From a virus (taxonomy: Duplodnaviria > Caudoviricetes), in IMG/VR virus record IMGVR_UViG_3300049182_000044, positions 217,567-281,566 of that record: a stretch of 64,000 nt of DNA. One strand, given 5' to 3'. This document shows positions 1-9,325 of this stretch, piece after piece (within the stretch, counting starts at the first letter, position 1; each line of letters opens with the position of its first letter). Made by a program: the position numbers and the translations under genes. Below the pieces are notes generated by a model that had not been told where the DNA came from, ran no database searches, and saw only the letters and a program-made list of their open reading frames with translations.

Positions 1-326
1 ACTTTGATTTTGAGTTCTGCACACAACTCCTTAACCATTTCGAGCGTGACCGACCTGTAGCGTGCGATGCGAAACAGGAACAGCTTAAGGCTCAACGAGA
101 GGTACCTTGACTCGTGCAGCTTGAGCCGGAACTGCTTGGCACTCATACCAGTGCCTTTACAGAAAACCTTGATCTCGTCTTGATACCGGAATGCTTTCAT
201 ACCCTTCGTTAGGTACGAAATGCTTACTGCGTAGATAGTGTGAAAGTCATTACTATCGAGCTCTACCCCGAAACAGCGGCAGATAGTATGGGCTAGTGAG
301 CTAGCCTCTGAAGGTGTGGCGTTCAA
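1..326 (-). CDS. hypothetical protein, 3' end beyond window edge
   Basis: TTG start at 326 with AAGGAG RBS; frame open to window edge (MNATPSEASSLAHTICRCFG...); not in ORF track. Confidence 0.6.
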   Translation of the reverse strand, partial: MNATPSEASSLAHTICRCFGVELDSNDFHTIYAVSISYLTKGMKAFRYQDEIKVFCKGTGMSAKQFRLKLHESRYLSLSLKLFLFRIARYRSVTLEMVKELCAELKIK

Positions 327-392
327 GATTGCTCCTTAGTGCTATACAATATATTATTGGTCTTTATGACGTATTGGTCTAGCTGCTAAGGT

Positions 393-1124
393 TTACTCCC
401 AATTGATCCGAACCTCGTCGTTCGTCGCTTCCTTCTTCTCCTTCTTACCGCGAAGATGTCCACGACCCATACGAGCTACGAGACTGACTAGGTCATCCTT
501 AGCTGCCTTGTTCTTCAACGCCTTCTTGTCAATAATACCTTCCTCGACCGCTTGATCGAGAGGTATAACACCAGCTGCCCTACGCTTCAAACGTGCTTCC
601 TCTTCCTTGATCGCCGGATCGACATAGCGATTGTTCGCAGCCATTTCGATACGCAGCTTGTTGAATCGCTCGACCGTGTACACGGTCTCGCTGTCCTTGT
701 CGTTGATCGCGCTGATCGCTGTCGCGCCCGACTCGCCAACCACACGAATCGTATCCTTCGTAACGTCCAGAATGCGACCGACTACGAAATTACTGAAGTA
801 GTTCGAGTTCGACGAACCCCGGAAACGAACATACACCTTCTGGAAGAACTGATAACCTTGCTTGCGCGTGTGCTTCTCACGCAAGAGCAATGCACCCAAG
901 ATTTGCAGGTCGTTCGGACTCATCTGCCCCATCATCTCGGCAACCTTTGCGAGGCTACCGAGCGCGTCTTCACGAATGAGCGTGAACACATCAGGAACAT
1001 GACTGCCGCATGCCTTCGATACTGGGAGACGACCCAGGTCCGAACACCTTGTCTCAAGAATCTTAACCCTGTGAAGTCCCTCGCACGAACCACAATTGAG
1101 ACTCTTCTTTGGCTTTTCTGACAT
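393..1124 (-). CDS. hypothetical protein, Cys-containing N-terminus, basic C-terminus
   Basis: 243 aa ORF with AAGGA RBS; CGSC...C...C pattern. Confidence 0.8.
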   Translation of the reverse strand: MSEKPKKSLNCGSCEGLHRVKILETRCSDLGRLPVSKACGSHVPDVFTLIREDALGSLAKVAEMMGQMSPNDLQILGALLLREKHTRKQGYQFFQKVYVRFRGSSNSNYFSNFVVGRILDVTKDTIRVVGESGATAISAINDKDSETVYTVERFNKLRIEMAANNRYVDPAIKEEEARLKRRAAGVIPLDQAVEEGIIDKKALKNKAAKDDLVSLVARMGRGHLRGKKEKKEATNDEVRINWE

Positions 1125-1566
1125 TTGTTATTCCTTTACTGTGCAAAGTATAAGCGATGCAGTAATCGAACGTCTTCTCCATTGAGGAGAGCCCGAGGTC
1201 GCACTGAAGCATTTTTATATCCTCGAACGTGGACGTCTTTACTGAGGTTGTTATCGGATGGTTCCTTTCAAAACCAGCCGGAAGTGGCGTCATTAACGCC
1301 TTGACTAGAATCTCTAGCCAATGTTGGGCGCGTTGCTCATCCTCGGCGCGTTTCCAAAAGCGCTTCGGTTCACGAACCTTATTGCGACGTATCTGAGACA
1401 CGAGGAACACCGCGTGGGCGTGCAACGAGTTGTGACACGTAGGGCACAATATGATCTGCAGCGAGTTGTCTCCACCTCGAGAGCGAGGCACAGTGTGATG
1501 ACTGTGCATGATCGCCTCATTCTGCGTACATATCCTGCAAGGTTCGTTTGATTGGACGGCACCCAT
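1063..1566 (-). CDS. HNH endonuclease-domain protein
   Basis: CRIC...HSHHTVPRSRGGDNSLQIILCPTCHNSLH fits the HNH/McrA-type motif. Confidence 0.75.
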   Translation of the reverse strand: MGAVQSNEPCRICTQNEAIMHSHHTVPRSRGGDNSLQIILCPTCHNSLHAHAVFLVSQIRRNKVREPKRFWKRAEDEQRAQHWLEILVKALMTPLPAGFERNHPITTSVKTSTFEDIKMLQCDLGLSSMEKTFDYCIAYTLHSKGITNVRKAKEESQLWFVRGTSQG

Positions 1567-1575
1567 GATTACACC

Positions 1576-3585
1576 TTACTTGTCCGGACGTTTGGGGTTA
1601 GCAATACGCTTCGATTTCCATCCGTGCGGGTAGAACTTTTCCCGATACTCCGCGTTGTGCGGATACTCCAAGAACTCGTCAACCTGAGCCATGTCGTAGC
1701 GTGCAACCTTATCACCGATCTTTACCAGACGGCCTTTCGGGTCCTGCATGTCTTCGAGTGGGCGGCGACTGATGTGAGTCCAGCCTGTACGCTTCTCAGT
1801 CTTACCCGATACATGGTACGCATCGTCCCAGGGGAACGACCACTGACGAACCTTCGCCTTACCACCGGATGCTTTCAGCAGCGCTGCGAGCTTGCCTTTC
1901 GGCATGATCCAGAAGCAGATGATGTCTTGCAGGTTGCGAGGATTCGGCATGTGAATCTTCGTCACCAGCTCGTACTGCGTTGCACCGCGTTCGTTGATGA
2001 TCGACAGCACGGTCTGTGCGTAGTCTTCCGGCTTCATCACCGGAGCTTTCTTCACAGCCTTGCGGCCCTGCTCTAGGTTTTGCTCTTCCTTATCTAGCTT
2101 CTCCTGAAGTGCCTTGCGCTTCTCTTCGAGTTTGCGTACAACGGCTGTGTTCGCGTCTTCCTCTTTGCGCAATTCCTCAATCTTCTTCAGGCGCACTTCG
2201 TTCTTGGCCAACAGCGTGCGATCAGCTGCGTCCATACGGGCTTCGCGAAGCTTGTTCAGTTGCCTGTTCAGCTTGATGTAGCGTGCTTCAGCTTCTTCCA
2301 GTGTCTTCAGAATCTGAGGATCAATGCCTGTGCGCTTATCGACCGGCAATGCCTTCTGAGCATCTTCAGCGCGCTTGAATGCATTACGCGCTGCCAACAG
2401 GAAGCCCTGTTCGTGCGATTCTTTCTCGGTCTTGTCGGCCTTGAAAATCTCACGCGAAAGCTCGCGCTCTTTGTCGGTACGACCTTTAACCAACTTCGCA
2501 TTCAGTGAGCGATTCGCCTCGTCGATCTTCTTCTGAATTTCAACGATCTTCGGCAGCTTACTCTTCTTCTGCTTTTTGCGCTCTACTTTCAACTCTTCGT
2601 CGATTGCAGTAAGTTGCTCCTGCAGCTCGCCGATAATACCGCGCTTGTTCTTTGAAAACCCGCGCACGAACTTCTGACGGCCTTTGACCTGCGCTTCAAT
2701 CGAAGCGTTGATAGCCGAACGCGATACAAGCATGATGATCTGTTGCTCGAAGATCACATATCGCTCCATGCCTGCATACGGCATCGGAACTTCCGTGAAC
2801 GGTACGTGTGCCTTTTGAAGAGCATACGGGTTCGATGCGTTGCTCGTCTCGAAGATTGGGGCGACCGGCAAACGAATCAGTTCGTAGGGCGCTTTCAAGC
2901 TCTGAGGCAGCAAGCTACGCATTGCCCGCATACGTGCAAACCTGCGTTTGACGTCCTTCTCTTCTTGCGACAGGCGAACAATACGCTCGTTATCGCGTCG
3001 AGCTTCGCGCTCGTCCTCGTCCTCCGGCTTATCGTCCTCTTCGTCCTCGGAGTCTTCACCAGGAACAACTGCAGCTTCGACCTGGCGAATCGTGTTCGCG
3101 GCTTCCGCCAGCTTTTCCTTCCACTCCGCGTTGGCCGCGATTGCAGCTTTAGCGCGTGACTGAACGTCGGTCAGAGTCGCATCTGCTTCGACAGGCGCAG
3201 GTGCGGATACGTCGGACTCACCGGCCGAACGCGAGATGATTTTTTCAGATTCTGAGCTTAAGGATTCTACGAACTTCGGAACGAACTTCGTTTGAAGATT
3301 CGAGCAAACAGAGCGAAACTCCTTGACGGAGAGTTCCTTGGATGCCAAACCTTCGAGTAGTCCAGAGAAAGTGTTGTCGATGGAGACAAGCGCCTTCTTG
3401 GTTTGTGTGAGGCTGCGTCTCTTTTTAGACTCGGAGATGCTCTCGAGTGTTTTGCCAATTTCGCCTTTGGTGGAGGCCAAGGTGGATTGTAACACCTTGC
3501 TCTTATTGGATTTCTGGCACAGCTCAACCGTTGATAGGATGAGTGCTTGCACATTGTCCAATTGTGCGAGTACCCTACGTTTCAT
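1576..3585 (-). CDS. large coiled-coil hypothetical protein
   Basis: Long ORF; ATG at 3585 after AAGGGG RBS; K/E/R-rich heptad segments and an acidic patch. Confidence 0.8.
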   Translation of the reverse strand: MKRRVLAQLDNVQALILSTVELCQKSNKSKVLQSTLASTKGEIGKTLESISESKKRRSLTQTKKALVSIDNTFSGLLEGLASKELSVKEFRSVCSNLQTKFVPKFVESLSSESEKIISRSAGESDVSAPAPVEADATLTDVQSRAKAAIAANAEWKEKLAEAANTIRQVEAAVVPGEDSEDEEDDKPEDEDEREARRDNERIVRLSQEEKDVKRRFARMRAMRSLLPQSLKAPYELIRLPVAPIFETSNASNPYALQKAHVPFTEVPMPYAGMERYVIFEQQIIMLVSRSAINASIEAQVKGRQKFVRGFSKNKRGIIGELQEQLTAIDEELKVERKKQKKSKLPKIVEIQKKIDEANRSLNAKLVKGRTDKERELSREIFKADKTEKESHEQGFLLAARNAFKRAEDAQKALPVDKRTGIDPQILKTLEEAEARYIKLNRQLNKLREARMDAADRTLLAKNEVRLKKIEELRKEEDANTAVVRKLEEKRKALQEKLDKEEQNLEQGRKAVKKAPVMKPEDYAQTVLSIINERGATQYELVTKIHMPNPRNLQDIICFWIMPKGKLAALLKASGGKAKVRQWSFPWDDAYHVSGKTEKRTGWTHISRRPLEDMQDPKGRLVKIGDKVARYDMAQVDEFLEYPHNAEYREKFYPHGWKSKRIANPKRPDK

Positions 3586-3691
3586 GTAAAACCCCTTAAG
3601 GAACTTACCCAAGTTGTAGTGACAGGACAGCTTCTATCCTGTAGGATGCGTGATCTATAACTGAAACGATCACAGATGTAAATTATCATCT

Positions 3692-3901
3692 TCAACATGA
3701 AAATGACAACCTAAATTTTCGCCTCAGCTTTTGCCTGGCGTTTATTCTTTGTCGTGCTGGCGCATGATTCCTCCCATGGACTGCGCCTTGTTCATACCAC
3801 ATATTTACAGTTTTCACTTCATTGATAAATACCGCGAATACGGTCTTGCGGCTTGGATTGACGGCTTGCTGCAATTCGATTTCCTTGTGTGCGTTGCCCA
3901 C
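3692..3901 (-). CDS. possible small (leaderless?) ORF
   Basis: 69 aa GTG-start ORF beginning near the predicted +1 of the promoter at 3908-3936; no RBS. Confidence 0.3.
   Translation of the reverse strand: MGNAHKEIELQQAVNPSRKTVFAVFINEVKTVNMWYEQGAVHGRNHAPARQRINARQKLRRKFRLSFSC
3804..3813 (-). promoter_or_regulatory. AAACTGTAAA motif (candidate phage-specific promoter element)
   Basis: Exact decamer, one of at least seven copies. Confidence 0.4.
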
Positions 3902-3907
3902 AAACGT

Positions 3908-3936
3908 AGTATATCACACATCAAAATCGTTGTCAA
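3908..3936 (-). promoter_or_regulatory. sigma70-type promoter
   Basis: TTGACA-17 nt-TATACT on minus strand. Confidence 0.75.
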
Positions 3937-3951
3937 CCCCATGCATTTTTG

Positions 3952-4365
3952 TCATGTCTGCGATGATGCAGACTCGACCAACTTTTGCACCTTTGCGTAC
4001 AGTGCTGGCGACACACTTAACACCTTCGGCTCACCTTTGATCTTGTCTGTCTCAAACCCGAAGCGTTTGCTCCACTTCTTCTGAATACGCTCGTGATATT
4101 GATTACTCATCCAGCGTTTCTTCTTGTGCAGGCGTTTCGGTGTCAGCGGCTCCAACTCGACGGCAGGCATAAACCTGATGATGCGCTTGTACCCATGCGC
4201 GAACACGGGATGAACGCCTTCACTGTGAGGCCCGCATAGAGCTCGTGCGTTTGCACCAGCTATGTCTGGCTTGGTTGGAGCTTTGATGTAGTGCTTGAAG
4301 ATGTGGGGTTCGGGCGGTGCGAGGATGCGAACACTCTCACCCGGCTTCGGTTGGTAGAACTTCAT
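3952..4365 (-). CDS. hypothetical protein; N-terminus reminiscent of gp32-type SSB start
   Basis: 137 aa; MKFYQPKPGESVRILAPP; functional resemblance weak. Confidence 0.7.
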   Translation of the reverse strand: MKFYQPKPGESVRILAPPEPHIFKHYIKAPTKPDIAGANARALCGPHSEGVHPVFAHGYKRIIRFMPAVELEPLTPKRLHKKKRWMSNQYHERIQKKWSKRFGFETDKIKGEPKVLSVSPALYAKVQKLVESASSQT

Positions 4366-4368
4366 GGC

Positions 4369-4641
4369 TTATCTCCTCTTAACGAGTACGCCAAGTGTGT
4401 AGCCATCCCAGCTGTAGTGGTATGGGCCATACTCCGGGATGAGATCCGGAGCCCAAATCTCTACCTCGTCGAAGCCCTTCTTTGACTCAGGGTACTCCAA
4501 CATTGCGAGTGCCGCTACAGCTGCGAGGCCGTATTCCCCAGTGCGCACTGCAACCTGCTGCTCCGGGCCGCCATTGATTTTTACATGGAAGGTGTTGAGT
4601 TGTACTTCAGATGTTGGATTCTTCTTTGGCTTAGTAGCCAT
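4369..4641 (-). CDS. hypothetical protein
   Basis: 90 aa ORF with GGAG RBS. Confidence 0.75.
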   Translation of the reverse strand: MATKPKKNPTSEVQLNTFHVKINGGPEQQVAVRTGEYGLAAVAALAMLEYPESKKGFDEVEIWAPDLIPEYGPYHYSWDGYTLGVLVKRR

Positions 4642-4672
4642 GATATTCTCCTAGTGAGAAAGGTTGAAGGCT

Positions 4673-4686
4673 GGGGCCGAAGCCCC
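4673..4686 (-). terminator. GC hairpin with UUCG loop (terminator or processing hairpin)
   Basis: GGGGC-TTCG-GCCCC right after the topoisomerase A stop. Confidence 0.55.
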
Positions 4687-4701
4687 AAACCTTAGTGTTG
4701 C

Positions 4702-6330
4702 TTATTCGTCGCTGGCCTTCTTGTCCTTCTTGGACTTCTTGCTCTTCGACTTTTCCTTGGCTGTCGCAATTGCCTTGGCCTTCTTCGCCGCAGCTGCTGC
4801 CAACTGCTCTTCGATGCTGTCAATATGCTCCAGCACGTACTTCGCAGGATTCTTCTTGCGGCCTTCGTAGGTCTTGTACTCTTTCTCCAAGTCCTTGATC
4901 TTCGCAACAAGTGCCTTGTCTTCCAGCGCGCGCAATTGGCGAACTTTCAAATCAAGGATTTGGTTTGCCTGATCGACCGTGATCTTCAAACCTTTTGCAA
5001 TGTACTTTGCGAGTTCATCTTCCGAGCATTCTTTCTTCAATGCCTTGAGGATGAAGTCCCGCATCTTCACTGCGAGGCGCATCAGCTCGAGCTTCGCGAT
5101 CTCTTCCTTGCGCTTCTTGATCCAGTACGTACACGCATCTTGTTCGAGCTTGATGCGATAGTCGATCCAGTGCTGAATCAATGCCGGCACCGTTGTCGGA
5201 CGCAGCTTCGCGCCTTCAGTGCCATCGGGGTTCAGGAAGCGATCAGTGACCTGCACACTGAAACGCCACGACGCTGAGAACGCCTCGTTGACCTTCTTGA
5301 GCGCTGTTTTGAGCGCATCGCCTTTGCACGACTTGGCGAACTGCACGACATACGCAACCTGATGTTTGTCATGCTTGTCCGAATCGTCACGCGTCTTGAC
5401 CACGCCTGCAACGCCTTCAACCTTGGCGAGTACCTTCTCGATATCGCTGATCGGTGCGAACTCGTCGAAACGAATCTCGTTCCTCACATCAACATCGGTG
5501 TGCGTCGAGCGGAATGTAACAGCGCCGCGTCCGGTCTTGTAGAAGCGCTTGAACTCTTCCTTGTCGTACACAGCCTTGCCGCCGTACTTGGTAGTGAACT
5601 CCAAGTCCATGCACATCTTAGCCGTGCAAGCGCCTTCCTTGATTGCCTTGCGCACGACTGCGAGCGTAGACTTCAGACCGAAGGACGGGGTTCGAGTATT
5701 CACACCAGGCGTGATACCGAAGTTGCCGTTCAGGATTGTGTTCGGCAACAGGGCTGGCAGAATCAGCGGCTCCATCTTCGACCCGTCGTAGTTCGGGACG
5801 TAGTCGATTGTCGGCAAGTAGAACGGATCGAAGAACACGAGGTCCGAATACAGACTGAGGCGCATGTTCGTGTAACGATACGCCGCTGCGCCGTCGTTCA
5901 TCGTACCCCAGTTGCCCTCGCCGTCAACGAGGTTCATCGGGGACTTGGCTGCCGTGATGATCGCTCCGTAACAGGCCATGTCACCGTGCGGGTGGTAGTT
6001 AGCGAGCGTGTCGCCTACAACCTTCGCCGACTTGTCTGCCTTGACGTTGTGCCGCAAACCCGCTTTGTGAGCCGACCACAATGCACGACGCGCAACCGGC
6101 TTCAATCCGTCAATCGACCCGAAGATCGCTCGGTCTTCGATGACCGCGATACCGTACTTGTAGTACTCCTCGTTGGCTTTGTCCTCGAGGTGCACATCAG
6201 TAACAGTCTTGGCCATCGCTACGATTGAACGCATGTCGCTGGCGAAATCAATCGGGGCGCCTTTGCCCTTCTTGACTTTCTTGGCCTTCTTCTCAGGCTT
6301 GTCGGCCTTCGCCTTTACCTTCTTGACCAT
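4702..6330 (-). CDS. gyrA: type IIA DNA topoisomerase subunit A (GyrA/ParC-like), no C-terminal pinwheel
   Basis: DGLKPVARR, VVGDTLANYHPHGD, GNWG..DGAAAYRYT catalytic Tyr motif, P..LPN.ILNG..GI..G; 542 aa. Confidence 0.95.
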   Translation of the reverse strand: MVKKVKAKADKPEKKAKKVKKGKGAPIDFASDMRSIVAMAKTVTDVHLEDKANEEYYKYGIAVIEDRAIFGSIDGLKPVARRALWSAHKAGLRHNVKADKSAKVVGDTLANYHPHGDMACYGAIITAAKSPMNLVDGEGNWGTMNDGAAAYRYTNMRLSLYSDLVFFDPFYLPTIDYVPNYDGSKMEPLILPALLPNTILNGNFGITPGVNTRTPSFGLKSTLAVVRKAIKEGACTAKMCMDLEFTTKYGGKAVYDKEEFKRFYKTGRGAVTFRSTHTDVDVRNEIRFDEFAPISDIEKVLAKVEGVAGVVKTRDDSDKHDKHQVAYVVQFAKSCKGDALKTALKKVNEAFSASWRFSVQVTDRFLNPDGTEGAKLRPTTVPALIQHWIDYRIKLEQDACTYWIKKRKEEIAKLELMRLAVKMRDFILKALKKECSEDELAKYIAKGLKITVDQANQILDLKVRQLRALEDKALVAKIKDLEKEYKTYEGRKKNPAKYVLEHIDSIEEQLAAAAAKKAKAIATAKEKSKSKKSKKDKKASDE

Positions 6331-8531
6331 CAGTTACCCCTTTTCTTTTTGCCGGCGTCTTTCTTCGCCTTGCCTTTCACGACAACCTTGGACTCATTGT
6401 CCTTGGATGCCTTCTTGACCTTCTTTTCCTTGGCAGGCTTCTCAGCCTTCGCCTGGGTCTTCTTGGTCTTCTTCGCCTTGGGCGCATCGCTAACGTCTAC
6501 TTCCTCGTCAACGATCTTTTTCTTCTTGCCCTTAGCAGGCTTCTCAGCCTTCACCTTCTTTTCAGGCTTGTCGGCCTTGGCCTTCTTACCCTTCTTCTTA
6601 CCCTTGCCGTCTTCCTCGTCATCCTCGCCGTCACCGTTAGCGACAACGCCCAGGAGTTGTTGACGATAGGTTGACTTCTTGCCCATCAACATCTGGAACT
6701 GCAGGATGCCGTTCTTGTCACGCGGCGGGAGGATGCGATACATGCGACGATTGTCCACATCGAATGCAATCGGCTGCATGTCTTCAGCATTGAGTTCACC
6801 CCAGCCTTTGATGTGGCGCACATCAATCTTCTCCGTGCCTGCCTGCCTGTAGACTTCCTGAACAGTCGCACCGAAGTAGACCTCGCCGTTCTTCTTGCCC
6901 ATGTACTCAGGCGCCTCAAGCATGTAGATACGACCCTGCTTGTAGAGGTCTGGCAAATACTTCCAGAAGAGCGTCATCAACAGCGTGTTGATGTGGCACC
7001 CGTCAACGTCCGGGTCGGCGAGGAAAATGATCTTGCCGAACTGGATGTGGTCAATCGGATTCTTCTTGCTCAGGTCGAGACCGATGCCTGCGAAGATGCC
7101 TGCGATTTCCTTGTTCGCATTCACCTTGTCCTTGGTCGTCTCCATGACATTCAACGGCTTGCCCTTAAGGCTGAACGTTGCCTGGAACTCCTTGTGACGC
7201 GCAACCTTCGCAGTACCGCCTGCCGAATCGCCCTCAACGAGGTACAGCTCGCGTTCGGACACAGGAGTCTTGCTGTTGGAAACGTCTGCCAGCTTCGCCG
7301 ACAAACCTTTCATCGCGCCTTTGACCTTCTTAATCAGCTTCTTGTCTTTCAGGAAGTCAGCTGTCTTCTTGCGAAGCTCTGCTGCCCGTTCGACGATCTG
7401 CTTCGCCAGCGATTTGTTCTCCTTGAAGAACTCTTCGAGCGCGGCCAAACACTCTTTGTAGCACTCGCCCTTGACGCGATTATCGACCAGCTTTTCCTTG
7501 GTCTGCGAATCGAACATCGGCGCATTGATCTTGTAGTTCAGCACACCGACCAGACCTTCTTTCAAGTCGGTAGGCGTGTATTGGTTCTTGCCCTTGTACG
7601 GCTTCAGCGCATCGACCAACGCCTTATACATATCGTCAGCGTGAACGCCTTCCTCGACGTTGCGAATAGTGTTCGTGAAGAACTCCATCGCAGAACCTTC
7701 AACGTCAGCGAAGTGAATCGCAAGCTCAAGTGTCTCACTATTATGAAACACGAACTTCTTGCTCATTGGCGTGGCCTTCAACTTCGCAAGACGCTTTTCG
7801 AGGTACTCACGAATGCCGACCTTACTGTACCACTCCTGTTCCTTCTTGCCGTCAAGCAGTTGGATGCGCAACCCGACGTTCATGTAGGACGTCATCTCGC
7901 ACCAGTTTCTCAGCTGCTCGATGTTGACCTTCTCTTTACCGAAATACGTTTCATCAGGAACGAAACGCAGGATCGTACCGAGCTTCGGTCGCTTACCGTT
8001 CGGCATCTTCGGAGGCTTGTCAACCTTCTTGACCTTGACCTTCTCAACGCCTTTGGCGAATTTCGTGTAGTGCCAACCGCCCGCATCCTTGCGATACGTC
8101 CAAACCTCGAACTCCTTCGAGAACGCATTGGTCGCCTTGATACCGACGCCATGAGTACCGATTGCACTCTTGTATGCATCGCCTGTCATCTTGCCCGACG
8201 ATTGAAGGTTTGTCAGTACGTGTGTCAACGTACTGATCTTCATCTTCGGATGCATCTTGACTGGAATACCTACACCTTCATCCTGAACCCAGTAGGAACC
8301 GTCACCCGGCACCATGATGTTGACCAGTGTGTTACGGCCTGCACGAGCTTCATCGACGCCGTTGTCACTAGGTTCGCGCACGATGGTGTTGATACCTGCC
8401 TGCCCCAGCTCACCGATATACAACGAAGGCTTCGCCTGGATCTTTTCAATGTCCCGCGTAAAGCCCGAGATGTCACTCTCGCTATACTTGCCAGTCTTTG
8501 CGACTGGCTTGTCTTTGTCTTTCTTTGCCAT
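6330..8531 (-). CDS. gyrB: type IIA DNA topoisomerase subunit B (GyrB/ParE-like) with K-rich tail
   Basis: GHKL motifs EPSDNGVDE, DEGVGIP, GTHGVG; TOPRIM LYLVEGDSAGG, LKGKPLNV, ADPDVDGCHI, KGWGE; likely start MAKKDKD at 8531. Confidence 0.95.
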   Translation of the reverse strand: MAKKDKDKPVAKTGKYSESDISGFTRDIEKIQAKPSLYIGELGQAGINTIVREPSDNGVDEARAGRNTLVNIMVPGDGSYWVQDEGVGIPVKMHPKMKISTLTHVLTNLQSSGKMTGDAYKSAIGTHGVGIKATNAFSKEFEVWTYRKDAGGWHYTKFAKGVEKVKVKKVDKPPKMPNGKRPKLGTILRFVPDETYFGKEKVNIEQLRNWCEMTSYMNVGLRIQLLDGKKEQEWYSKVGIREYLEKRLAKLKATPMSKKFVFHNSETLELAIHFADVEGSAMEFFTNTIRNVEEGVHADDMYKALVDALKPYKGKNQYTPTDLKEGLVGVLNYKINAPMFDSQTKEKLVDNRVKGECYKECLAALEEFFKENKSLAKQIVERAAELRKKTADFLKDKKLIKKVKGAMKGLSAKLADVSNSKTPVSERELYLVEGDSAGGTAKVARHKEFQATFSLKGKPLNVMETTKDKVNANKEIAGIFAGIGLDLSKKNPIDHIQFGKIIFLADPDVDGCHINTLLMTLFWKYLPDLYKQGRIYMLEAPEYMGKKNGEVYFGATVQEVYRQAGTEKIDVRHIKGWGELNAEDMQPIAFDVDNRRMYRILPPRDKNGILQFQMLMGKKSTYRQQLLGVVANGDGEDDEEDGKGKKKGKKAKADKPEKKVKAEKPAKGKKKKIVDEEVDVSDAPKAKKTKKTQAKAEKPAKEKKVKKASKDNESKVVVKGKAKKDAGKKKRGN

Positions 8532-8591
8532 GTTTGACCTTGATGTGGAAACCTGCCTATTCGTAATGACGTTCACTACTGCCACCCACCC

Positions 8592-8601
8592 TTTACAGTT
8601 T
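8592..8601 (-). promoter_or_regulatory. AAACTGTAAA motif upstream of gyrB-like gene
   Basis: Exact intergenic decamer. Confidence 0.5.
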
Positions 8602-8644
8602 GAGTGTCATGACCGACATTACGAATTTCGAGTCCCAAACACGC

Positions 8645-8681
8645 AAAAAGGGCGTACAATGTATTTCAATTGTACGCCCTT
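8645..8681 (-). terminator. rho-independent terminator
   Basis: 13-bp stem AAGGGCGTACAAT/ATTGTACGCCCTT followed by a T run on minus strand. Confidence 0.75.
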
Positions 8682-8698
8682 CTCCGATATGAACCTGG

Positions 8699-9214
8699 TT
8701 AGACGGCCGCAACGGACGACTTACCGAGCTTCTTCTTGTCCTTCTTCTTCAGGCCAAGCGCCTTGGTAGCCGCCTTCTTCAGCGCCTTCTTGGACGAACC
8801 TTCGTCTTCGTCGTCGCCGTCTTCGTCGTCTTCGTCTTCATCGCGATCCTTCGCCTTCTTGCTAGCCTTCTCGGACTTCTTGTCCTTCTTGCTCAGCTTT
8901 TCAACGACGCCTTTGCGATCCGACTTGGCCTTTTCCTTGTTGGCCTTCTTGTCAGCCTTCTTGTCCTTCTTGGACTTCTTCTCGCCTTTGGCTTTCTTGC
9001 CTTCAGCTTTGTCCTTCTTGGACTTCTTCTCGCCCTTTTCCTTCTTGGACGATTTGCCTTCGGCCTTGCCATCTTCCTTCGATGCGGCCTTCGACGCAGC
9101 CTGAACATCGGCCAGTTGCTTTTCAGCGGCGCCGGTGATCGACTTCAGTTGCTTGATGAACTTCTCCAGACCTTTGGCCGATTTGGTGAGGCCTTTCACT
9201 GCTACTTTACTCAT
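8699..9214 (-). CDS. very Lys-rich, histone H1-like low-complexity protein
   Basis: 171 aa; N-terminal helix, KKSKKDK repeats, central D/E patch. Confidence 0.8.
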   Translation of the reverse strand: MSKVAVKGLTKSAKGLEKFIKQLKSITGAAEKQLADVQAASKAASKEDGKAEGKSSKKEKGEKKSKKDKAEGKKAKGEKKSKKDKKADKKANKEKAKSDRKGVVEKLSKKDKKSEKASKKAKDRDEDEDDEDGDDEDEGSSKKALKKAATKALGLKKKDKKKLGKSSVAAV

Positions 9215-9325
9215 GGCGAGTCCCTATTTTATTGAGGTTGATACTAAAATTGTTGTTGAGAGAGGCTACAAACCTGTAGCCTCCCTTGCCTACCAGGTGA
9301 TACGATCAGGAATCAGTGCAACGAA

